A DNA stretch of 64,000 nt from an uncultured Planctomycetota bacterium (GTDB taxonomy: Bacteria > Planctomycetota > PLA2 > JAEUHO01). The position numbers and the translations under genes were made by a program. Below are positions 41,746 through 49,848 of the stretch, one piece after another. The DNA lies in the NCBI GenBank assembly GCA_963752285.1, contig CAVVXN010000002.1:455116-519115 (forward strand), in the 5' to 3' direction. The notes under the pieces were generated by a model. The model was not told the origin of the DNA, did no database searches, and saw only the letters and a program-made list of their open reading frames with translations. The stretch's first letter is position 1, and each line of letters begins with the position of its first letter.

Positions 41746-42327
41746 ATGCGCCTTGTCCGTCTGGCCTCGATCGCCTCCGTGTTGCCGTTCCTGGTCGTGT
41801 GCCTCGGCGCCGCGCGCGCCGAGGACGAGATGATCGACAACCCCGAGTACACGCAGTGGTCCCAGTTCAAGGTCGGCGCCTTCGCGACCATGAAGACGGA
41901 GACGTCGATGGGCGAGCAGTCCACGACCATGACCACCAAGACGAAGCTGGTGGAGTTGGCGGACGACCACGCCGTCCTCGAAACGACCACGACCATGACG
42001 ATGATGGGTCAGGAGATCAAGCAGCCGGCCCAGAAGCGCCAGGTCCCGGCCAAGATCGCGAAGATGGACCCGCCCGAGGTCGAGGGCCAGGACGACATGC
42101 CCAAGCCGACCATGAAGGAGGGGACCGAGACGGTCACCGTGAAGGGCAAGTCGATCGCCTGCAAGACCGTCGAGTCCACGTTCGAGTACTCGGGCATGAA
42201 GACCTGGTCGAAGTCCTGGAGCAGCGACAAGGTGCCCGGCAGCATCGTGAAGATGGAGTCCAAGAGCGAGAGCTCGATGGGCGCCACCACCGTGAAGTCC
42301 ACGCTCGAGGACTTCGCCACGGAGTAG
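41746..42327 (+). CDS. Small secreted Met/Thr/Lys-rich protein, unknown function
   Basis: In-frame ATG at 41746 of ORF 40210..42327. Signal peptide is ASVLPFLVVCLGAARA. The composition is atypical for this genome (TTTTMTMMGQ, KSESSMGATTVKS). Confidence 0.6.
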   Translation: MRLVRLASIASVLPFLVVCLGAARAEDEMIDNPEYTQWSQFKVGAFATMKTETSMGEQSTTMTTKTKLVELADDHAVLETTTTMTMMGQEIKQPAQKRQVPAKIAKMDPPEVEGQDDMPKPTMKEGTETVTVKGKSIACKTVESTFEYSGMKTWSKSWSSDKVPGSIVKMESKSESSMGATTVKSTLEDFATE

Positions 42328-42349
42328 CGGCGCAGGGCCGCGCCCGCCG

Positions 42350-42574
42350 CTACGGTCGTCGAGGCGGAACGAGGTCCACCGCGGTCGAAGCGGCCGCGGT
42401 GCCGACCGCCCGGTACGCGGCGCCCAGCCGTGCCGCGAGCGAGGGCGCCGAGACGCGGAACGTCCGCTCGGGGTCCATCAACCACGTCACGCCGTTCTCG
42501 TCCACGAACGACAGGCACTCCTGGGCGAGCGAGGCGAGCCTCTGGAGCGTGAGGGGCGAGGTCTCCACGCTCAC
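42350..42574 (-). CDS. Hypothetical 74-aa protein
   Basis: GTG at 42574 overlaps the stop of the upstream micro-ORF, and GGAGG lies immediately upstream. Translation reads VSVETSPLTLQRLASLAQECLSFVDENGVTWLMDPERTF. It has no recognisable motifs. Confidence 0.35.
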   Translation of the reverse strand: MSVETSPLTLQRLASLAQECLSFVDENGVTWLMDPERTFRVSAPSLAARLGAAYRAVGTAAASTAVDLVPPRRP

Positions 42575-42780
42575 CTCCCCCCCTCGTCGGGGTGCTCCGC
42601 CAGGCGCCAGTGCGTCGCGCGGTCGCAGCGCGGGCACGTGGGCAGGCGGTCCCCGGGAAGGAAGGCCTCCAGCTCCTTCGGGTGGCACCCGGCGCGGTAG
42701 ATGCCGGCGCGGGCGCATCGGGAGCCGGTGGCTGTGGACGGCGGGGTGTCCGTCGCGGGCAGCGCGCGGTCCTGGGACAT
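42571..42780 (-). CDS. 69-aa Cys-pair (zinc-ribbon-like) protein
   Basis: ATG at 42780 with a strong RBS (GAGGAGGGGG). Translation reads MSQDRALP...SRCARAGIYRAGCHPKELEAFLPGDRLPTCPRCDRATHW, giving a CX9C...CX2C pattern. Confidence 0.5.
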   Translation of the reverse strand: MSQDRALPATDTPPSTATGSRCARAGIYRAGCHPKELEAFLPGDRLPTCPRCDRATHWRLAEHPDEGGR

Positions 42781-42888
42781 GGAGCCCCCTCCTCGCCCTT
42801 CGGGGCCCTCCACGCCGTGCACATATCGGCAACCCGTCCGGGCCATCTGAAGGGCCCGTTGGGACGCCCCGACCGACGGGGCCCGCGC

Positions 42889-44316
42889 TCAGCGCCGGAA
42901 GTCCTCCTTGCGGAGGCCGTGGTGGCGCATCTTGTCGTAGAGGGAGCGGGCCGAGATCCCAGCCTTGGCCGCGGTCGCGCCCACCCGGCCGTGCGTGGAG
43001 CGGAGCTGGGCCGTCAGGTAGGCGCGCTCGAACCGCTCGATCAGCTCGCGCCGCGCGTCGGCGAGAGGCCGGTCCTGCATCGCCGTGTCGAGAAAGGTCC
43101 GCGTGATCACGTCGGGACCCTCGGGCCCTTCCGGCGATCCCCCCCCGAGAGATGGCGGCAGGTCCGCGACGGTGATCTCGTCGCCGCGGGCGACGAGCAT
43201 CGCGCGCTCGATCGTGTTGATGACCTCGCGCACGTTGCCCGGCCACGCGTGACCGAGCATGGCGTCGAGCGCGGCCGGGTGGATGCCGCCGACGTCCTGC
43301 CGCCCCATGCGCTCCCGGTAGAGACGCAGGAGGCTCCCCAGCAGCACGGGGAGGTCCTCGCGCCGGTCCCGGAGCGGCGGGATGGTCAGCGGCACGACGT
43401 TCAGGCGGTAGAAGAGGTCGCGGCGGAAGCGACCGCTCTCGACGTCCGCCGAGAGGTCCCGGTTCGTCGCGGCGACGACGCGCACGTCCACCGGACGCGG
43501 CGTCTCGGCGCCGAGCGGGCGGATCTCGTGCCGTTGCAGGACGGTCAGCAGCTTCACCTGCAACGAGCTGGGCATCTCGCCGACCTCGTCGAGGAAGATC
43601 GTCCCGCCGCTTGCGACCTCGAACAGCCCGCGCCGCGCCGCCGCGGCGCCCGTGAACGCCCCGCGCTCGTGGCCGAAGAGCTCGCTCTCGAGCAGGGTCT
43701 CGGGCAGCGCGCCGCAGTTGACCGTCACGAAACGGTGCTCGCGTCGCGCCCCCTCGGCGTGGATCGCGCGCGCGAGGTGCTCCTTCCCGACGCCCGTCTC
43801 GCCCTGGATGAGCAGCGTGGTGTCCACGTCGAGCAGACGACGGACGAACTCTACGAACGTTCGCATCCGGCGGTTGTGCGAGGCAAAGTCGGCGAGGCTC
43901 GGCGTCGGGCCCTCGGGCCCCACGTCCGGTGCGGGCGGGCGCTGCGCGCCCTCCTCGAGCGCGAGCAGCGTGTCGCGAAGCTCCGCGTCGCCCGTGCCGG
44001 TCGAGAGGACGTCGGTCGCCCCCGCGGCGATCCACCGCGTCTGGTCGGCGCTGGACGGGTCGTCGGCGAGCACGAGCACACGCGGGGCCCGCTCGACCAG
44101 CGCGTGGTCCAGGCGCCCGAACCCGTCGCCCACGCCCGCCTGCACGACCAGGAGGTCCACGTCGCCGAGCGAGCCGGACGGCGCGAGACCGCGCGCCGGG
44201 TCGAGAACCTCCACGCGTCGGAACGTCCGACCGAGGATCTGCAGGAGGCGATGGCGGAGCGGACCGTCCGGAACGGCCACGGCCACCGCGCCCTTGGCGG
44301 TTACGTGGAGTGCCAT
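42889..44316 (-). CDS. Sigma-54-dependent transcriptional activator (NtrC family) with a degenerate receiver domain
   Basis: Track ORF. AAA+ motifs are GETGVGKE, ESELFGHERGAFTGA and IFLDEVGEM. The C-terminal Fis-type HTH is ATAAKAGISARSLYDKM. The receiver-like N-terminus lacks the phospho-acceptor Asp (LLVVQ in place of LLxxD). Confidence 0.9.
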   Translation of the reverse strand: MALHVTAKGAVAVAVPDGPLRHRLLQILGRTFRRVEVLDPARGLAPSGSLGDVDLLVVQAGVGDGFGRLDHALVERAPRVLVLADDPSSADQTRWIAAGATDVLSTGTGDAELRDTLLALEEGAQRPPAPDVGPEGPTPSLADFASHNRRMRTFVEFVRRLLDVDTTLLIQGETGVGKEHLARAIHAEGARREHRFVTVNCGALPETLLESELFGHERGAFTGAAAARRGLFEVASGGTIFLDEVGEMPSSLQVKLLTVLQRHEIRPLGAETPRPVDVRVVAATNRDLSADVESGRFRRDLFYRLNVVPLTIPPLRDRREDLPVLLGSLLRLYRERMGRQDVGGIHPAALDAMLGHAWPGNVREVINTIERAMLVARGDEITVADLPPSLGGGSPEGPEGPDVITRTFLDTAMQDRPLADARRELIERFERAYLTAQLRSTHGRVGATAAKAGISARSLYDKMRHHGLRKEDFRR

Positions 44317-44367
44317 GCGCTTCCTTTCCCGACGTGTCGGGCGAGGCCGTCAGCACGACGAGCGAGG

Positions 44368-44712
44368 CTAGCACCGTCCGGGGGGCGACTCGCGAGGGCT
44401 TACGTCGTGGTCCACGTCCTTCACCGCGCTCTCCACGAGCTCGGCCGTGTTCGTGAGAGCGAGCCAGGCGCGGTCCACGGCGTCGCGCGCCTCCGCGACG
44501 CGCTCGACGGGCGCGCGACGCAGACCTTCGGCCTTCACGCGAAGCGTTGCGAGCTGATGCGAGAGCGCCTCCACGTGCTCCGAGAGCCCCTGCGTCCGTG
44601 CGGCGAGGTCACGGCGTGCGCGCGTGAGCAGACCATCGACTCGCGCCTCCGCCGCGCGGAGGCGCTGGTCCGCGTCACGAAGCGCTTCGAAACGGTCGGG
44701 CGTCGCCTTCAC
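44368..44712 (-). CDS. Hypothetical helical/coiled-coil protein (114 aa)
   Basis: Track ORF with a GTG start. The sequence is Ala/Arg/Glu/Leu-rich and helical. It lies 51 bp upstream of the sigma-54 activator on the same strand. Confidence 0.4.
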   Translation of the reverse strand: MKATPDRFEALRDADQRLRAAEARVDGLLTRARRDLAARTQGLSEHVEALSHQLATLRVKAEGLRRAPVERVAEARDAVDRAWLALTNTAELVESAVKDVDHDVSPRESPPGRC

Positions 44713-44887
44713 CGGGACCTCCGGGCCGAACGCCGGTTCGTACGCAAGCCCCGGGCCGGGGACGCCCCACGCCGCCCCGGCCTCGATCGGCGGCTTCGCC
44801 GGCCGGTGCCCACGCTCGCCTTCGGCGACGACGCCTCCGATGGGCGAGGCGCGGAGCTGCCGATCCCGGGTGGGCAGGGACCTCCGT

Positions 44888-45529
44888 TCAGTCCCGGGAC
44901 CGCTGTCCGTCGAGGTGCTGCGTGTCGTTCCAGTGGACGAGCTGCGGCCGGCCTCGCCGGAAGTCGATCATCGAGAGCCCGCAATTCGCCCGCATCGACA
45001 GCCGGTCCAGGTGTTCCGGCGCCAGCCGGATCAGGTGCGCGATCAGGGTCTTCGCCGCCCCCCCGTGCGTCACGACCAGCACCTGCTCTCCCGCGTGATC
45101 CGCCCGCAGCCGGTCGAACCCCGCCCGGAGTCGCGCCTCGAACTCGGGATACGGCTCGGCCCCATCGACGAGCGGACCCGACGCCCGCGCCGCCGCCGAA
45201 ACGAGCTCGCCGTACTGGCGCTCGCAGGTGGCCTGGTCCGTGCCCTCGATCACACCCAATCCGATCTCGCGCCACGCGGGCGACACGACGGGCGACAACC
45301 CGATCACGGACGCGACCGCCTCGGCCGTGGATGTGGCACGCACGAGGTCGCTCGCATGAATCGTGTCGATCGGGACCGTCGAGAGCCGCCGCGCGAGGCG
45401 CGCCGCCTGGGCGCGCCCCCGCTCGTTCAGAGGGACGTCCGCCTGCCCCTGGACCCGCCCGAGCGCGTTCCACTCCGTCTCGCCGTGACGGGCGATCCAG
45501 AGACACGCGAGCTCGGTCGTCGAAGCCAT
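44888..45529 (-). CDS. Histidine phosphatase family protein (phosphoglycerate-mutase-like)
   Basis: Track ORF. RHGETEWN is the catalytic motif, with a downstream VVTHGG. Confidence 0.85.
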   Translation of the reverse strand: MASTTELACLWIARHGETEWNALGRVQGQADVPLNERGRAQAARLARRLSTVPIDTIHASDLVRATSTAEAVASVIGLSPVVSPAWREIGLGVIEGTDQATCERQYGELVSAAARASGPLVDGAEPYPEFEARLRAGFDRLRADHAGEQVLVVTHGGAAKTLIAHLIRLAPEHLDRLSMRANCGLSMIDFRRGRPQLVHWNDTQHLDGQRSRD

Positions 45530-45606
45530 CGGACCATCCTGCCCGACCGCGCGGGGTCGGAGCCGAGGCCCCGGGCAGGGTCACGGCGGCGCGCGCGGCC
45601 GCCGCG

Positions 45607-46857
45607 TCATGGCGGCGCGCGCGGCCGCCCGGCCTGCCCGTGGCGCTCCCGCCCTGCGGCGGGCGTACCACGCTCCCGCCCTGCAGCGGGCTCGCCACGC
45701 GCCCGCCCTGCGGCGGGCTCTCGGCGCTCCCGCCCTGCGGCGGGTTCGCGCCGCCGCCGCCGCGGCGTCTTCCCGACCGCGCGGAGCAGCCACGCCGGCC
45801 GCTCGGGCGGCTCGCGATCCTCGGGGAGGGGCTTGGGCGCGAGGAACGCGCCCGTCGCCGCGATCACGAACAGAGGTCGCCCGTCCGTGGACCAGCACCG
45901 AAGCGCGATCATCCCCAGGTCGTAGTTCTTGTGGTGGACCACGCAGCCGTCGAAGAGGTCCTTCGCCTCCCGACCGCTCCCGTCCGCGTGCGGCCTCACG
46001 TGGCACAGCTCCGCCGCTACGCGCGTGCAGAGCCCGACCTCGCACAGGCCTCCCGAACGCCGACGGATCGCCCGGACCACCTCCGCCGGGACCTCCCGGT
46101 CCCCGGGGCGCTCTTCGGTCGGCGGAAGACGCCGCGGCCTGGGCTCCTTCCGCGTCGGGTCCCACCGTGCCCGGTACGCGTACGCGAGCACCGCCAGGAG
46201 CTGGCCGTTGTCGATCGCGCACTCGGCCTTCTTCTTCGCGATCCTGCGGCACGCCCGCAGGTCGTCCGCGGCGTCGGGTCCCACGTGCGCGACGAAGGTC
46301 GTGACGTCGGACTCCGGCGCGACGTGACGTCGCGCGGCCAGGCGGCGTCCCACGCGACGGCGGAGCGCGCCGACGCGCAAGGACCTGGCGAGGTCGAGCC
46401 AGTCGTCGCCCGCCTCGAGGTAGCGCTCCGGGTCTACGAAGACGTCGCCGAGCAGGATGGCCGCCGCGAAGGAGATCCCGCCCGCGCGGACCTCCTCCTC
46501 CAGGCCGGGCAGGCGCTCCAGGGCGTAGCCGAGCATCAGGAGCTGACGCCCCCGCGCGCCGTCGAACCCGTAGCGCTCGGAGAGCTCCCAGGTCGAGGCG
46601 GCGCTCTCCCACACGCAGGAGCCCTGCTCGTGGAGGCGGACCATCAGCTTCGCGTAGGCGATCTCGGCGTCGCCGAGCGCGCGGCTCCGGGCCCGCAGGA
46701 GCGCGATCCCCTCGGGGTCCTTCTCTCCGCGGAGGGTGCGCCGGTCGATGCGCCGCTCGGAGATCCCGCCCTCGGAGACTCCGCGCTCGGAGGGGCGGCC
46801 CTCGGAGGGGCGGCGCTCGGGGTCGCTTCGTTCGTGGAGTTCGCGTTCCGACAGCAC
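45607..46857 (-). CDS. HNH endonuclease-domain protein (DUF222-like N-terminal region); both ends repetitive, boundaries uncertain
   Basis: Track ORF. The HNH core is LCEVGLCTRVAAELCHVRPHADGSGREAKDLFDGCVVHHKN. The C-terminus has 4 EPAAGRER repeats. The N-terminus has SE(G/R)-type repeats. Confidence 0.65.
   Translation of the reverse strand: MLSERELHERSDPERRPSEGRPSERGVSEGGISERRIDRRTLRGEKDPEGIALLRARSRALGDAEIAYAKLMVRLHEQGSCVWESAASTWELSERYGFDGARGRQLLMLGYALERLPGLEEEVRAGGISFAAAILLGDVFVDPERYLEAGDDWLDLARSLRVGALRRRVGRRLAARRHVAPESDVTTFVAHVGPDAADDLRACRRIAKKKAECAIDNGQLLAVLAYAYRARWDPTRKEPRPRRLPPTEERPGDREVPAEVVRAIRRRSGGLCEVGLCTRVAAELCHVRPHADGSGREAKDLFDGCVVHHKNYDLGMIALRCWSTDGRPLFVIAATGAFLAPKPLPEDREPPERPAWLLRAVGKTPRRRRREPAAGRERREPAAGRARGEPAAGRERGTPAAGRERHGQAGRPRAPP
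45644..45751. repeat. Four tandem 27-bp repeats, each containing a CCCGCC-ctgc-GGCGGG hairpin
   Basis: Units start at 45644, 45671, 45698 and 45725 (GCTCCCGCCCTGCGGCGGG...). The period is 27 bp, in frame with the 3' end of the HNH ORF. Confidence 0.8.
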
Positions 46858-46905
46858 GAACGAAACGGTAACGCATGGGGGGGACAGTCCCGGAGAGCCC
46901 GGAAA

Positions 46906-48105
46906 TCAGGCGTCCGACGCCCCGGAGGCCGCCTCCGCGGAGGGCCGCCCGCGGTTTCGGGCGGGCTCTCGGGCGACGGTCCGGCCGGGTCGCGCGGCCC
47001 GGGCGAGGGCCACCTGGACGGCGAGGAGCGCCAGGAGGGACGCGGCGGCCGCGATCCACCTGCCGTACGCGGTGCCGATGCCGAGGGTCTCTGTGACGGT
47101 GCCGGCGGCGGGACGCCCGATGGCGTCCGCCAGGAGCGGCGCGACCGTCAGCGCGCTCGCCGTCGCGAGGAAGAGGCGGGCCGCGCGGAGCGCCCCCGCC
47201 GCGGCCGCGCCCGAGATCGGAGCCATCCAGCGCGGCACGGTGGACCACGCGCACACGAGGCCGAGCGCGAGGGCCACCACGACGGCGCGCCCGTCGCCGA
47301 GATAGCCCTGGACCGTGCCGTCTTCCGGTCGCAGTCGGAGGAGGGCCTGCAGGCTCGACCCCGAACCCGAGGACCCGGGAGCCGAGCCGACACCGAGCTT
47401 CCACCACGGGAGATACGTGGCCGCGAGTGCGAGCGTGGAGAGCACGACTCCGACGCGGGCCCACGCCCGGTGTCCGAGTGGCACGGTCCTAAAAGCGTCG
47501 TCGGGGCGGTCGCCCGGCTCCTCGCTCGCTACGTCCGTCGCGTCGGTTGCGAGCCTCGTCCCGAGGGTCGCACGAAGCACGAGCACCGCCGCGAACGAGG
47601 CTCCGAGCGACGCGCCCACGAAGGCCCAGAGCCCGTACGCGGGCCCGTAGCCCCGGCGCTCGAACCCCATCTGGAGCGCCTGCGTCCCGGCGAGGAGCGC
47701 CCCGGTGAAGAACGACATGGAGGCGAGCGCAGGGGGGCTGGCGCTCCACGCTCCGAGGCCAGAGCTCCTCTTGCGAGACGCGAGGAGGCCGAGTCCGAGC
47801 ACGGCGAACCCGAGCGGCAGGAGCCCACCGGCATAGACGCCGGACGTGCCCGACCCGCAGCCCGCCAGCAGCGCGGAAACGACGTGCGCGCGGGCGGACG
47901 CGTCCCCGATCTGGGGCCGAAGCCACGGGAGCAAGCAGGCCACGAGCGCGGCCAGCGCGAGCACGACCCCGAGGAGACGCCAGCCGCCATCCGAGGAGCC
48001 AGGTCGAGGCGAAGACCGAGCGCGACCCACGGGCCCCCCCTCCACGAACGCCGTGAGGATACCGGGATCGACTCGCGCGAGTGCAGTCCCTAGATGGGAT
48101 GACAC
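46906..48105 (-). CDS. Polytopic membrane protein, unknown function
   Basis: Track ORF with a GTG start and about 8 hydrophobic helices. It has no recognisable motifs. Confidence 0.6.
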   Translation of the reverse strand: MSSHLGTALARVDPGILTAFVEGGPVGRARSSPRPGSSDGGWRLLGVVLALAALVACLLPWLRPQIGDASARAHVVSALLAGCGSGTSGVYAGGLLPLGFAVLGLGLLASRKRSSGLGAWSASPPALASMSFFTGALLAGTQALQMGFERRGYGPAYGLWAFVGASLGASFAAVLVLRATLGTRLATDATDVASEEPGDRPDDAFRTVPLGHRAWARVGVVLSTLALAATYLPWWKLGVGSAPGSSGSGSSLQALLRLRPEDGTVQGYLGDGRAVVVALALGLVCAWSTVPRWMAPISGAAAAGALRAARLFLATASALTVAPLLADAIGRPAAGTVTETLGIGTAYGRWIAAAASLLALLAVQVALARAARPGRTVAREPARNRGRPSAEAASGASDA

Positions 48106-48454
48106 CTGAACCTCCGTAAATCACGCGGCCCTGCCCACGCCCGGACCCCGATGACTGCGTTGCTCGTCGTCGGCGACCCCCAAGTCGCAACCGTGGACGG
48201 GAGGTCGCCTCCTCCTCTCGACTCGTCCTTGGGGCCCAGGCGCACGCAGTCGATCCCGTGGGCGGAGGCGTGACCTTCTCGCGATCCCAGCTCGGGCTCG
48301 CTTCGACACGCTCGTCGAACACGCCGCGCGCTCCACGGGTCGTCCCATCCCGCGGCACGAACCGTCCGCCCAAACGTCGCGCGTGCGCCCCGATTCGCCC
48401 GTGGCCCTCCGCGAGGCCTACCCTCCGACACGAGGCCGTGAGGAAGGAACCGCC

Positions 48455-48859
48455 GTGGGGACGGTCGAGACCCTCGTTCGCATCGTGGTGTCGGGCGTCC
48501 TCTCCGGGGCCGCCTACCTGGCTTTCCTCGGGTACCGCACCGACTACGTCGGCCACTTCCTCGCCGGGATGGGGGGGACGCTGTTCCTCCTGTCCTTCGC
48601 GCTCGGGCGCGAGGGTCGGACGCTCCGCTGGGAGCCGGTGGTCCTCGCACTCCTCGCGATCCTCCTCGGCGCCGGGACCGAGGCCACGGTGTTTTGCATC
48701 GCGATCTTCGATCCCGTGGACTTCCTGAACCAGAGCCTCGGCGCCGGCATCGCCGCGGCGTGCGTCCTCGGCAGCCGCGCCTCCACCCGCACCGCGACGG
48801 CTACGTTCCTCCTCTCGTTCGTGTTCCTCGTCGTGGGAGCGCTCTATGCGTTCGCCTAG
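48455..48859 (+). CDS. Small membrane protein (about 4 TM helices), unknown function
   Basis: In-frame GTG at 48455 (RBS AGGAAGGA) of ORF 48383..48859. Hydrophobic helices are present throughout. Confidence 0.5.
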   Translation: MGTVETLVRIVVSGVLSGAAYLAFLGYRTDYVGHFLAGMGGTLFLLSFALGREGRTLRWEPVVLALLAILLGAGTEATVFCIAIFDPVDFLNQSLGAGIAAACVLGSRASTRTATATFLLSFVFLVVGALYAFA

Positions 48860-49259
48860 GCCCTGGCTCTTCCTGCTCGTCGTCGTGCTCGCCGCCGGCG
48901 ACGCCTGGGTCGCGTTTCGTCGTTCGGGCATCCCGGTCGCCCTCGACGGCCGCGTGGAGCGGATCGACCTGCGCCGCGAGAAGCACCCCGGTCTCGACGA
49001 CGTGTACCTCGTCACGATCGGCCCGCGCGAGGTCCACCTCGACGACGCCGTCGCGAGGCAGCTCGCGGTGGGGGAGCACGCGCACAAGGACGCGTGGTCC
49101 ACCCGACTCGAGACCTCGCACGGTCCGATCGCGCTCGCACCCTCGAAGGACACGGGCGGCATGGCCCGCGCGATGCCGCTCCTCGTGATCCTCGCGCTCG
49201 GGCTCCTCCTCCCACGCCGAGGCACGTCCCCGGCCAAGACCCCTCGGCCCCTGACGTGA
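48846..49259 (+). CDS. Small bitopic protein with N- and C-terminal TM helices, unknown function
   Basis: Track ORF. Its ATG at 48846 overlaps the end of the previous gene by 14 nt. Confidence 0.45.
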   Translation: MRSPRPWLFLLVVVLAAGDAWVAFRRSGIPVALDGRVERIDLRREKHPGLDDVYLVTIGPREVHLDDAVARQLAVGEHAHKDAWSTRLETSHGPIALAPSKDTGGMARAMPLLVILALGLLLPRRGTSPAKTPRPLT

Positions 49260-49346
49260 AGGTGTCGCCTCGGCGCGCGCGTCTTTTGGCGCGATCTTCA
49301 CCTCGTCTCGGCACGACGTTCCCCGGGGTCGGCGATTCCTGGGGGC

Positions 49347-49814
49347 ATGGGCGATCGCGTGGCGAAGAGCTTCCTCGTGGGTCTCGTCGCGACCGCAGCG
49401 GACGTCGGCGGCCTGGCGCTCCTCATCACGGGTTGCGGCGTCTCGCCGGCCCTCGCGAACGGTCCGGCGCTGCTCCTCGGGGTCGCGATCCAGTTCCTGG
49501 GAAACAAGTACTTCGCGTTCGGTGACCGCTCGCGCGGCGTGATGCGACAGGGGGCGCTCTTCTCGCTCGTCGAGTGCGGGACGTTCGCGCTGAACGCCGG
49601 GGTCTTCCACGTGCTCGCCGTCGTCGGTCCGCTGCCGTACTACCTCGCCCGGCCGGTCGGCACGCTGCTCGTGTACCTCGCGTTCAGCTATCCCCTCTGG
49701 ACGCGGATCTTCGGACCGACGGACCGGCGTCGCCGCGCGCGGTCCACACCCCCGGCCCCCACGCCGGCCTTCGGGCCGAGCGAGCCGCCGCTCCTCGATC
49801 CCGGTCGCCGCTGA
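49347..49814 (+). CDS. GtrA-like family membrane protein
   Basis: Track ORF with 4 TM helices. The motif AIQFLGNKYFAFGD is typical of the GtrA family. Confidence 0.75.
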   Translation: MGDRVAKSFLVGLVATAADVGGLALLITGCGVSPALANGPALLLGVAIQFLGNKYFAFGDRSRGVMRQGALFSLVECGTFALNAGVFHVLAVVGPLPYYLARPVGTLLVYLAFSYPLWTRIFGPTDRRRRARSTPPAPTPAFGPSEPPLLDPGRR

Positions 49815-49848
49815 GGCCCCCGCCGCGCCCGCGTGTTCGCCCCCACGC

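Noticed and set aside
42828-42845. Sigma-54 promoter upstream of the zinc-ribbon micro-ORF (TGGCCCggacgggTTGCC on the minus strand)
   Set aside because: The spacing between GG and GC is 12 nt instead of the required 10.
29557-48093. Other very long track ORFs (29557..34530 minus 1657 aa, 30087..34736 plus 1549 aa, 42592..48093 plus 1833 aa; also 58686..62876 minus 1396 aa upstream of 59507)
   Set aside because: These are antisense or frame-shifted relative to genes with clear domain signatures. Their composition is dominated by Arg, Gly, Pro and Ala with no motifs.
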